Assembly (NCBI GenBank): GCA_011364965.1
Contig: RDOB01000004.1
Span: 64,001 to 128,000, forward strand
Source: Candidatus Heimdallarchaeota archaeon
GTDB taxonomy: Archaea > Asgardarchaeota > Heimdallarchaeia > Hodarchaeales > Hodarchaeaceae
Reading direction: 5' to 3'
DNA: 64,000 bases
The position numbers and the translations under genes were made by a program. This document shows positions 1-9,109 of this stretch, one piece after another (within the stretch, counting starts at the first letter, position 1; every line of letters begins with the position of its first letter). Under the pieces are notes generated by a model. That model was given only the letters and a program-made list of their open reading frames with translations, ran no database searches and had not been told where the DNA came from.

Positions 1-54
1 TACCTTTTTACATGACTCTGGTAATTCTATTTCTTCTAAAATTGTCTCAGTCAT
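1..54 (-). CDS. Partial CDS running off the window edge (MTETILEEIELPESCKKV...), possibly a small HTH protein
   Basis: ATG at 54-52, GGAG upstream, open frame to position 1; LPES-x-K-x-V resembles the start of small archaeal wHTH proteins, but only 18 codons are visible. Confidence 0.4.
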   Translation of the reverse strand, partial: MTETILEEIELPESCKKV

Positions 55-158
55 GCCCTAGTTTCTCCAAGCAAATTTACATTTATTCCTCTTTTTAATA
101 GTCTTGGGTATATGCAAATATTAAAGAAAAAAATTAAGAAAAATGAAATTAATTACAA

Positions 159-2330
159 CTATGTAGGTCTAAGACCTAATCGAGTAATAAATGTTGAATA
201 GAAAGCAAAACAATCAACTGATTCTTTTTCGTCTAATGTTACTGAAGAATGGACAATTCGATTTCTAAGATTTCTGAAATGAGTTATTTTTTTATCACTG
301 GGAAGATCAAAACCTCGTTTACGTAATTCATGCACTTGAAGTTGAAATATAGGTTTTAATTGGCCAGAACTTGAAACAATTTGTTGATAGCGCGTAGAGA
401 GCAAATTTTTGACTGCAGCGTCTGCTTTAATGACAAACAATTCAAAATTATCTTCTTTGAAAGCATGTTTAGCTTGATTCCATAAAACACGAACATAATT
501 GATATTCTTCTCTGCCTGTTCAGGTTCAAGAATTGAACTAGGGACTTCATTGTCTACTTTTTCTTGATAGTCGTGGACAACAAAGTTGATTCGATCTATC
601 ACCTGACTATAACTTAAATAAGAAGAGAGATTTATAAAAATCACTGGAATAAGAAGTAGGATTGTAGGAGCAGCAAGTATAAAAAAAGCTGTTGCCACAT
701 TTGGTAAATAATAAGGAAGTAGGAAATCTGAAAATAATATTAAACTTATTAAATTCACAAAATTAAGTATTAATAATCCTAAAAAGGGGAATAACACCCA
801 TTCTATTCGTCTTAATATTCGTTTTGAGACTATAAGGGTTTCATTTTCAGATGATTCAATAAAATTCAGCAAAGCATAAGTACGGAACGGTACACTAGGG
901 ATTCTTACAAGGATTGATTCACTAGGAACTTCTTTGATGCTAAAGACGCCACGGAAGCTATATTTAATAAATTTAAAAGTTTCTTTCAATGATAATGAAA
1001 ATTCCCATTGGCTTACAGGCCCATGTATTCGATAGAGTTTCCCCTGAGTATCCAGATATACTAAATATAAAGGAAAGGCTATAATGGTAATAAATGTTAT
1101 AATTGAACCTAGAACATTCCAGGCAAAAAGTGGTGGGATATGATAGTCGAAATGAACAAAAAATTGACCTACACTGGAAGATTCAGGAGATATCACCAAA
1201 TAATACAATCCCGAGTCAACTGCGTCTAATAATATCTCAAAATTTTTATCTATTGTTTGTAAAGCCTCGTAGCCAGTATATAATGGATTTGAATTCTGTT
1301 TTCCTTCATCGAAGATTTCTACTGTGGCAAATTCCAGTATTTTTGCATCAGTAGTATTTGGACCAAATACATGAATAAATACATCTGATCTGCTAGTGTT
1401 TACATAAAACCAAAAAAAATACACTCTTCGAGGAGTAAAACCCTGAACTTGTCTAATTGATAGAGTATGATTATAAGGCAATTCAATTGCAGTTTCAAAA
1501 CTATAACCAAATCCTTCAGACGTTATAGAGATATTATATATCCCAATTGGTGATGTGTCTGCTGGTTTATGTCGAATTTTAATAAAATATTGATCAGAAA
1601 CACTTGGATTCCAAGAATAATTAAAAGATCCGCTAATCTCGGTTTCGGTTAGAACTGGATTTTGAGGATAAAGTTCACGGTAAATCGTGATTTTTGCTTC
1701 AAATAGTACCGCAGGGGTTATTTCTCTCAATGAGAGTGTACTATTCTGATTTTCGTCTAAACTTACTTTCCAGTAGTGGGTTTCATGATCAATTGAAAAA
1801 TTTGCTTGAAATTGCGATTCATCGATGGCTAGTGCAGAGACTTCATTGAAACCACTCGAAGGGATCGTTGCTAGAATTGAATAGGAATAATTCTCTGATT
1901 TATCAGGACGAATGTCATCAAGTTGTATTCTCCAATCACCAACAATAGATACTTGCCACATCCCAAGATATTTGCTAGGGTGTATAATTTGTACATCTTC
2001 ATTGTCTAATTTAATATTAGAAGGATTATATAGAGATACATTAATTCCAGATCTTGGAATGATGGAAAAATAAACTAATTGACCTCTATTGAGATCTTGA
2101 AGAATCCAATTGTGAGTGTGGGATTCATTTGTGAACTCATTAGATTGAGAAATTGAATCTGTTAAAAAAAAGGTATTATTATCATCTTGGATCGTTTTAG
2201 GCATTATAAGTAATGAAGAGGGAGGTTCTAGAAAATTCTGACTTGAACTAAAATCATTAGTTTCAAATAAAAAGCTTGAAATTATAAGACAAAGAAAGAG
2301 TGATAATAAGAACGCTTTTAGTGGTTTCAT
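159..2330 (-). CDS. Receptor-like membrane protein: signal peptide, ~380 aa beta-rich ectodomain, 3 TM helices, C-terminal HEPN-like domain
   Basis: Hydrophobic N-terminus; repeated YWKV/YFIKI/YYLVI beta modules with NxS/T sequons; TM segments near aa 403-425, 510-535 and 545-570; C-terminal RNLRNRIVH motif (nt 249-266). Confidence 0.75.
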   Translation of the reverse strand: MKPLKAFLLSLFLCLIISSFLFETNDFSSSQNFLEPPSSLLIMPKTIQDDNNTFFLTDSISQSNEFTNESHTHNWILQDLNRGQLVYFSIIPRSGINVSLYNPSNIKLDNEDVQIIHPSKYLGMWQVSIVGDWRIQLDDIRPDKSENYSYSILATIPSSGFNEVSALAIDESQFQANFSIDHETHYWKVSLDENQNSTLSLREITPAVLFEAKITIYRELYPQNPVLTETEISGSFNYSWNPSVSDQYFIKIRHKPADTSPIGIYNISITSEGFGYSFETAIELPYNHTLSIRQVQGFTPRRVYFFWFYVNTSRSDVFIHVFGPNTTDAKILEFATVEIFDEGKQNSNPLYTGYEALQTIDKNFEILLDAVDSGLYYLVISPESSSVGQFFVHFDYHIPPLFAWNVLGSIITFITIIAFPLYLVYLDTQGKLYRIHGPVSQWEFSLSLKETFKFIKYSFRGVFSIKEVPSESILVRIPSVPFRTYALLNFIESSENETLIVSKRILRRIEWVLFPFLGLLILNFVNLISLILFSDFLLPYYLPNVATAFFILAAPTILLLIPVIFINLSSYLSYSQVIDRINFVVHDYQEKVDNEVPSSILEPEQAEKNINYVRVLWNQAKHAFKEDNFELFVIKADAAVKNLLSTRYQQIVSSSGQLKPIFQLQVHELRKRGFDLPSDKKITHFRNLRNRIVHSSVTLDEKESVDCFAFYSTFITRLGLRPT

Positions 2331-2521
2331 AATTTTTCCTTCGCTTACATGATCCGCTAGAAAAAAACCTTGAACCTTTTTTTAAATCTGAAATTATCTA
2401 TAACCAATTTTATATATTTATATAATAAATTTACCTAATTAATTGATAGCTTTTGGAGGGATTTTCCCGTTTGAATAATTTTATTAGCCCCGTCCAAGGT
2501 TTATATAAGTGAGGAAAAAGG

Positions 2522-3151
2522 TTGAACCAAAATATTCGAGTTTTTAAAAAGAGACTTCAGATTGCAGAAAAGAAATGGAATGCAGTTCAAGCTCAATCAA
2601 TCAAAGCCATAAATACAATACTTGGGACTTTATCTAGATTAAATCTAATCCAACAAAGAGGTGCTTTTTCGGAGGATCTACTCGCAAAATTTCCTGATGT
2701 TCCTGAAAGAATATCCTTTCACCTGGCAGAATTGATAAATAAGAGCATTCATGATTTGAATATATACTTAAGTCAATTAAACGAAATTGTTAATGAAATG
2801 CGCAAAATAGAAGAGCAATTTCGGCAAGACTATTTATTAATAATCAAAACACAATATTCGGAGGGTAATCAATCCTGGTCACATGATCTGGAAACTCTTG
2901 AACAAGCAGAGAGGACTTTTCAAGAAATTGTTGATATGTATGATCGCGAATTATCACTCAGGAAAGAAATACTTAGCACAACTCAAAATAGCTCCTTATT
3001 TCAACCGAATTCACTAATAATCTATCTAACATTGTGGGCAGGAGAGATATATATTGAACATAACCGAATTCATGAATTAATTGAAGAATTCATGCAAGCA
3101 GAAAAGGTTTGTGAGAGAGTTCTCCAGTCTCAAGATTCGATGAGTCCTTAA
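2522..3151 (+). CDS. Helical protein resembling eukaryotic C1orf109/AIRIM
   Basis: 209 aa, helical; LAKFPDVPERI and EIVDMYDRELSLRKEIL plus two Trp match the C1orf109 pattern as I recall it. Confidence 0.55.
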   Translation: MNQNIRVFKKRLQIAEKKWNAVQAQSIKAINTILGTLSRLNLIQQRGAFSEDLLAKFPDVPERISFHLAELINKSIHDLNIYLSQLNEIVNEMRKIEEQFRQDYLLIIKTQYSEGNQSWSHDLETLEQAERTFQEIVDMYDRELSLRKEILSTTQNSSLFQPNSLIIYLTLWAGEIYIEHNRIHELIEEFMQAEKVCERVLQSQDSMSP

Positions 3152-3177
3152 TTATGAAAAGTTCTTCTGGAATTAAA

Positions 3178-4590
3178 TTAGCTTGCATGAAAGTCGGTAG
3201 TATTTAATATAGAGTCTATTGTACCATTTTGTTGAGCTTGAACGAGTAAAGCTTGAATTTTATCATTGATTGAATATTCTGGTTCTCCCTTTTCTAATAA
3301 TCCCTTGACAAGCTTCATTGAAAGGGCTAAATCTGTTTTTGCAAGATTTTCATTTCCAGCTTTACATATTGCTACTCCTCTTACAGAGGTATTTGCAGGA
3401 CCCATGACGGATGTGAAAACACATCTTTTGTCGCCAGCTGTTAGATGGTCAGGAGTGTGTCCGATCAAATCAGAACTCATTGACTGAATTGCGGAAAATA
3501 GTCCAGTATATAGACAAACTTCTTGTCCCGCAGGTCTATGACTTGCAAATAGAGGTAAACCTCCATCATCAAAGATATAAACCTCTGATTCCGAAAAAAT
3601 TTTACCAAGAATACGAAAACGTTCATCTTCTTCAGTAGCATCGAAAAGATCTCTTTTTCTCTCATTTATTGGGGAAATATAGTCGTCTCCATAGTTTGCT
3701 GACTGATTTAAGAAATTTAATGATGCAGATTTTGGGAAAACGTCATCTATAGAGTTAAGGTCTGTTATTATCAACAAAGAGGTGAAACTAGAAATTTGGG
3801 GGTTAACAATATTATTTAGGTATATTTCAAACTCATCTCCAAACGACTTGGCAACTTTTTTGGATATCAAATTTAAATCATGTAGATTAAGAGGAGAAGA
3901 AGAGCTGATAGAAATAAAAATTGCTTCAAGAGATTCAAGTTCCTCTGGCATAGAAGTAACCAATTTTTCTCCAATTTGATTAATTGAAGCCTCTAATGCA
4001 CTCTCAGCGTCTTTAGCGGCAGAAATTCCATAATATAAGCTTTTGGATGCTCCAAACAAACACATCAAATCAGGAAATGAAACACCGGGATTTAAAGAAG
4101 GAGTCAAGCTGGATAACACACAATCTATGAATATTAGATAATTCCATTTACCATTTTCATCAGAAAAGTCAAAATTAAAGTAATTGGGACCAAAAAGCTT
4201 TCGTTTCTGAGGGTTTGGATTTTTGGATACATCAATAAACAGAGGAATCGAACCAGAAAACTTTATAGAGCCAGAAATTCCCCCAAGAGCTCTTAATGTT
4301 CCTTCGTCGGAAGAATTAAAAATAAAGATTAGAAAATAGGAATTTAAAAGACTTTGGATCTGAGATAATGTTGTAACTGAATCAAAAGTCACGACTTGAT
4401 CACATATTGTATCTCCAATTGCTGTTGGAGTTAATAACAAGAGAGGAAGCCGAGATTCATCTCGGGCCGATAGATAATCATGTACGATTTTCATCTCGTT
4501 TGATAGATTATCACCAATAAATACAATTTTACCACGTGGCCTGATGTATTCAAGAAAAGGATTATTTTCAGCGATTAAACTTGTATTCAT
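3178..4590 (-). CDS. Degenerate FtsZ/tubulin-fold protein fused to a C-terminal longin/roadblock-like domain
   Basis: aa ~165-278 follow the FtsZ T7 loop and C-terminal domain pattern; aa ~330-450 contain YIFDDGGLPLF...LYTGLFSAIQSMSSDL, a longin-like pattern. Confidence 0.65.
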   Translation of the reverse strand: MNTSLIAENNPFLEYIRPRGKIVFIGDNLSNEMKIVHDYLSARDESRLPLLLLTPTAIGDTICDQVVTFDSVTTLSQIQSLLNSYFLIFIFNSSDEGTLRALGGISGSIKFSGSIPLFIDVSKNPNPQKRKLFGPNYFNFDFSDENGKWNYLIFIDCVLSSLTPSLNPGVSFPDLMCLFGASKSLYYGISAAKDAESALEASINQIGEKLVTSMPEELESLEAIFISISSSSPLNLHDLNLISKKVAKSFGDEFEIYLNNIVNPQISSFTSLLIITDLNSIDDVFPKSASLNFLNQSANYGDDYISPINERKRDLFDATEEDERFRILGKIFSESEVYIFDDGGLPLFASHRPAGQEVCLYTGLFSAIQSMSSDLIGHTPDHLTAGDKRCVFTSVMGPANTSVRGVAICKAGNENLAKTDLALSMKLVKGLLEKGEPEYSINDKIQALLVQAQQNGTIDSILNTTDFHAS

Positions 4591-4974
4591 CTCTCATTAA
4601 TCCAGCTATATCACTTATAAATCCAGATAAATGGATGGTTGTGTAAACCAAGTATACATAAATAGAATTCCCTTAATGACTCTTCAATTCCCGTATTATT
4701 GTCATGATACTCGTGAAATACTTTCAGAAATCTACGGGGGGTAATAGCTAGAATAATTCCTGAAACCTAGAAGAAACTAAAAATTAACATATTGCTGTAG
4801 TAATAAACAACATGATCATTTTAAGCTAATTCTTTTTTTGAAATTTAATTAGAGATACGAAAATTAATAGAAGTATTTTGAATGCACCTAAATAAAAAGC
4901 GAACCTCATTGAATCTCATGGTTAATCTGAATCAATTGATCATTGAGTAATATTCGCGCTTAGAGAGTTATTTT

Positions 4975-6813
4975 ATGGATTTTGAAGTCATTAAGACGGA
5001 AGGTTGGGGAAAATTAGGTAAATTGAATAATGATGTCGAGATACTTACTCCCAATATTATTGATACATCTTTGTTTAAAGGAAGTAAAAATAAAGGATTA
5101 TCTTTTGAATGTATAAGCTATCCTTCTTTACAAAATCAGGGTAAGGATATTAATTCTATAAAATCCTTTTATGATTTATTTCCTAAAGATTTCAATGAGA
5201 ACCATAAATTCAATTTTGATTTTCACATTATACCTTGGGATTTACCAACTATTTATCTTGGAAATATTAAATCCTATTTAGAGAAAATTAGAGCATTAGA
5301 AATTAAAGAGAATGCAGAAGAACCAAATAAATTTTTCGTTGTGAACATTCCATACAGAAAATCAAAAGAGAATATCTTTGAATTATTAAAGCAATCAAAA
5401 CTTATCAAAGGAGTAATTCTCGGAGATATTTCATCCTTCTTGACAAATCCCATCAATTTACTACATTATATCAAATGGGTTAACCCTTGGGCTCAGAATG
5501 ATAAAATATTTCTAGCTTCGGGTGTACCAAAAAGCTTTATCCCTTTATTATCCTATTTGGGAATAGATATCTTTGATACAATGTATCTAGAAATGCAATC
5601 AATCACAAATTTTCCTAATTTAGAGTTATTACTTGAATTAAAACAATCCAAAGAATCTATTCTTGAAACAATACATCATACTCAAGAAGCATTAAGATTG
5701 GGCAAATTACGGGATTTAGTAAGGATTTATGCTAATTCCTTTCCTCCATTAAAAACAATTCTAAGATTGATTGACAAAGAATTAAACCTAGAGTTAGGGA
5801 ATGCCTTATATACATCTAGTACGCTTTATTGTACAGATGAAACAGATTTTACAAGGCCTGAAGTGACACGATTTCGAAAGAGAATAAAAGAACGATATTT
5901 CCCTCCGGATTATTTAGCTGGAATAATTTTCCTTCCTTGTTCTGCTAAAAAACCCTACTCTCAATCAAGATCTCATCAGATGTTCCAAGCCAGTATTCGA
6001 AAACGGATAAAAAGAAAACGCCATCTTATTCATGAAGTTATAATTACGAGCCCTCTTGGCATTGTTCCTCGTGAATTGGAGTATACATTTCCCGCGGCCC
6101 ACTACGATATTCCTGTAACAGGTGATTGGAGTGAGATTGAAAGAAATTTGTTAAAAGAGGATATAACAAACTTTTTGGGAAAAATCAACCCAAATCTGCC
6201 AATAGTAGGATATGTTGAGGGACCTGAGAAGGAAGTATTGGATTCTATCTCTAAAAAGGTAAATAGACCAATGTATCTTGTTTCAGAAGATTACAAATCA
6301 TTAACTTCGAAAGGTGCTTTATCGGAGTTTTCTACCTTATTAGCTGATGCATTCGAAAATATATCCCTAATAAAAGTCGAAGATCAGACAATACGCTTCC
6401 TTAAGGCGATTGCAGACTTCCAATTTGGTAAAGGAGTAGGAAAACAGCTTTTCTCAGGAAATATCAACATATTTGGAAGAAAGGAATTAGGGTTACGGGT
6501 TAAGAGAAACGAAGAGCATCTGGTTACATTCAACCCAGTTAACGGATTTCTAACACTTTCATTACAAGCAGCGAACTTAATATTAGACAAAACTCCCAAT
6601 ATAGTGGTTTTTGATGGAGAAAAAATAATTGGATCAACAATATTCTCAAAAGGAATTATAGAAGCTAATTCAGAGATACGATCTGGAGATGAAGTCATTG
6701 TATTAAATTCTAATAGACAGATTATTGGTGTGGGGACATCTTACCTTGCTGGAGACTTATTAGTGAGAATGAAGAAAGGAAAGGGAATTTCCATAAGAAA
6801 AAAGGTGAAATGA
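4975..6813 (+). CDS. arcS: Archaeosine synthase alpha subunit (TgtA2/ArcS)
   Basis: TGT-like N-terminus, FLPCSAKKPYSQSRSH, TSPLGIVPRELE, C-terminal PUA domain; abuts the RaSEA gene. Confidence 0.92.
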   Translation: MDFEVIKTEGWGKLGKLNNDVEILTPNIIDTSLFKGSKNKGLSFECISYPSLQNQGKDINSIKSFYDLFPKDFNENHKFNFDFHIIPWDLPTIYLGNIKSYLEKIRALEIKENAEEPNKFFVVNIPYRKSKENIFELLKQSKLIKGVILGDISSFLTNPINLLHYIKWVNPWAQNDKIFLASGVPKSFIPLLSYLGIDIFDTMYLEMQSITNFPNLELLLELKQSKESILETIHHTQEALRLGKLRDLVRIYANSFPPLKTILRLIDKELNLELGNALYTSSTLYCTDETDFTRPEVTRFRKRIKERYFPPDYLAGIIFLPCSAKKPYSQSRSHQMFQASIRKRIKRKRHLIHEVIITSPLGIVPRELEYTFPAAHYDIPVTGDWSEIERNLLKEDITNFLGKINPNLPIVGYVEGPEKEVLDSISKKVNRPMYLVSEDYKSLTSKGALSEFSTLLADAFENISLIKVEDQTIRFLKAIADFQFGKGVGKQLFSGNINIFGRKELGLRVKRNEEHLVTFNPVNGFLTLSLQAANLILDKTPNIVVFDGEKIIGSTIFSKGIIEANSEIRSGDEVIVLNSNRQIIGVGTSYLAGDLLVRMKKGKGISIRKKVK

Positions 6814-7902
6814 TTGGTTAATCTTTTGGTTGCTTCAGAAATAGCTAGAATACGTAGAGAGTATCTTGAACTTTTGGATCCTGATTCAACAGGAAAAATT
6901 TGGCATCGAATTGACGAAATGGAAGACAATATTGTAATTACGATGGTGATCCCATCTAGGGGATGTAGCTGGGCTTTGTCGGAAGCAGGAGGGTGTTCTG
7001 TGTGTGGGTATGTAAATGATTCATCTAGAGACAAAGAAATTCCTAAACAGAAAATATTGAGAGTATTGAATGAAGTTTTACATCAAATTCCGCAAAAAAA
7101 ATATGTAGAACTTAAAATTTTTAACTCAGGAAGTTTTTTTGACAATAAAGATTTACCAAAAGAATTTAGAGAGGAATTATTGAAAGTTATAACCGTTTCG
7201 GAAAAAATTTCTAAATTAACCGTTGAATGCAGACCTGAATTTGTTATACAAAACCTAAATGATATAAAAGCTGCTTGTAAATTAATAAAACAAATCAAAA
7301 TGGAAATTGGACTTGGATTAGAGAGCTCAAATAATTCGATTTTGGTGAATTGTTGGAATAAAGGAACAACTCTTGAAGAGTACACTGAAAGCGTTAAAAT
7401 CCTTCAATCTCTGAACATTAGGATAAAAACATATGTTTTTGTTAAACCTCCCTTTTTAAGCGAAGCAGAAGCAATAGAGGATACATTAACTACGATTCAG
7501 CAGGCAATTGCCTCAGGAACTGATGTGGTTTCGGTAAATCCTTGTGTAGTGCAAAATGGAACTCTAGTGAGTTTTCTCTATAAAAATGATAAATATCAGC
7601 CTCCATGGTTATGGAGTGTTCTAGAAGTTATCAAAAAAACTCGTGAGAATTTTCCGGAATTGGAATTGATTTGCGATCCTACAGCTGGAGGTAAACCTCG
7701 AGGAGCTCACAACTGTGGAAAATGCGATAAAGAAGTACTCAATAGAATAAAAAAAATAGTTCAAGGAGAAAAAATGACGGAATTTGACATAAATATCTGT
7801 TCTTGTTATAAAACATGGAAATTCTTAGTCGAATCACCAGTAGAGATGATTAGGATTAGAAATCTTTCAAAATTGCGTAAACTCAATCCATTAATGGAGT
7901 GA
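6814..7902 (+). CDS. raSEA: Archaeosine biosynthesis radical SAM protein RaSEA
   Basis: RGCSW-x6-GCSVCGY cluster motif, KIFNSGSFF, ECRPEF, YQPPWLWS, RGAHNCGKC. Confidence 0.9.
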   Translation: MVNLLVASEIARIRREYLELLDPDSTGKIWHRIDEMEDNIVITMVIPSRGCSWALSEAGGCSVCGYVNDSSRDKEIPKQKILRVLNEVLHQIPQKKYVELKIFNSGSFFDNKDLPKEFREELLKVITVSEKISKLTVECRPEFVIQNLNDIKAACKLIKQIKMEIGLGLESSNNSILVNCWNKGTTLEEYTESVKILQSLNIRIKTYVFVKPPFLSEAEAIEDTLTTIQQAIASGTDVVSVNPCVVQNGTLVSFLYKNDKYQPPWLWSVLEVIKKTRENFPELELICDPTAGGKPRGAHNCGKCDKEVLNRIKKIVQGEKMTEFDINICSCYKTWKFLVESPVEMIRIRNLSKLRKLNPLME

Positions 7903-7919
7903 ATTATACTTAATTTTTC

Positions 7920-9086
7920 CTATGTTTTACGAATCGCTTGAATTGCTTTATATAATTCTCCATTTTTCCCAAAAATCTCTGATTCCTCATGTTTTTCTTT
8001 TAATTCCTCTAAATATTTCTTTGATAATTTATCAATTTTTTTAGGAAATCGAACATAGAATCCAACATGCATGTCTCCACGCCTATTACTATTTGGGATT
8101 GGAAAACCCTTATTTCGAAGAGTATGTATATACCCAGATTCAGTACCAGGTTTAATGGAAATGGTTTCATTTCCATCAATCGTCGGAACTATTAATTTTG
8201 TCCCCAATATAGCGTCAGTATAACTAATTGGGTATTCTAATAGAATATCTGAACCATTTCTTTGAAAGAATGGATGAGAGGCAACATTAATGGCAAGAAG
8301 TAAATCACCTGATGGACCACCTAGTTCTCCAGGGCGTCCTTCTCCTCGAAGTACTACATGCATACCTGAATCGACTCCTGCGGGAATATCAGCTTCTACA
8401 GTACGAAATTGCTTCACCTTTCCCAATCCATCACACACTTCACATGCTGCTCCCCGGGGTAATGATTTTCCTTCACCATTACAGCGGGGGCAAGTCGTTA
8501 TATTAACAATTTGACCGAAAGCAGACCTTTGCACCTGACGAAGTTCCCCCGTTCCCTGACAGTAACCACATTCGTCTAATGATTTACCGGGTTTTACTCG
8601 TGAACCGTGACAAGTAGGACACTGAGCCCAATTAGGAACTTTTATCTTCTTTTTTAAACCATGAACCGCTTCATCGAAAGAAAGATCAAGATTTAATCTT
8701 ACATCTTGACCTCGCCTTGCTCGTGGACGAGAAGAACGGGAACGAGACCCTCTTCCTCCAAAAGCGCTGAATAAATCTTCAAAAATTCCAAGGCCACTAA
8801 AAAGATCATCAAGCCCCATACCAGAGAAATCATGAAATGAAGCTCCATTCAGACCAGAATGGCCAAACTGATCATATCTAGCACGTTTTTCGCTATCAGA
8901 TAAAACTTCGAATGCTTCTGCTATCTCTTTGAATTTTTCTTCCGCATTTGGATCATCAGGTTTCATATCTGGGTGATATTTCCGTGCTAGGCTACGAAAG
9001 GCCTTTTTTATCTCTTTTAAATCAGCAGATTTTGAGATACCCAGAACTTCATAGTAATCGCGTTTCTTTTGGCTCAGAATAATCAC
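7920..9086 (-). CDS. dnaJ: Chaperone DnaJ (start may be CTG at 9077)
   Basis: J domain with HPD, G/F-rich region, four CxxCxGxG-type repeats, C-terminal domain. Confidence 0.97.
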   Translation of the reverse strand: MIILSQKKRDYYEVLGISKSADLKEIKKAFRSLARKYHPDMKPDDPNAEEKFKEIAEAFEVLSDSEKRARYDQFGHSGLNGASFHDFSGMGLDDLFSGLGIFEDLFSAFGGRGSRSRSSRPRARRGQDVRLNLDLSFDEAVHGLKKKIKVPNWAQCPTCHGSRVKPGKSLDECGYCQGTGELRQVQRSAFGQIVNITTCPRCNGEGKSLPRGAACEVCDGLGKVKQFRTVEADIPAGVDSGMHVVLRGEGRPGELGGPSGDLLLAINVASHPFFQRNGSDILLEYPISYTDAILGTKLIVPTIDGNETISIKPGTESGYIHTLRNKGFPIPNSNRRGDMHVGFYVRFPKKIDKLSKKYLEELKEKHEESEIFGKNGELYKAIQAIRKT

Positions 9087-9109
9087 CCAGATTTGGATCG
9101 ATCAGGAAT

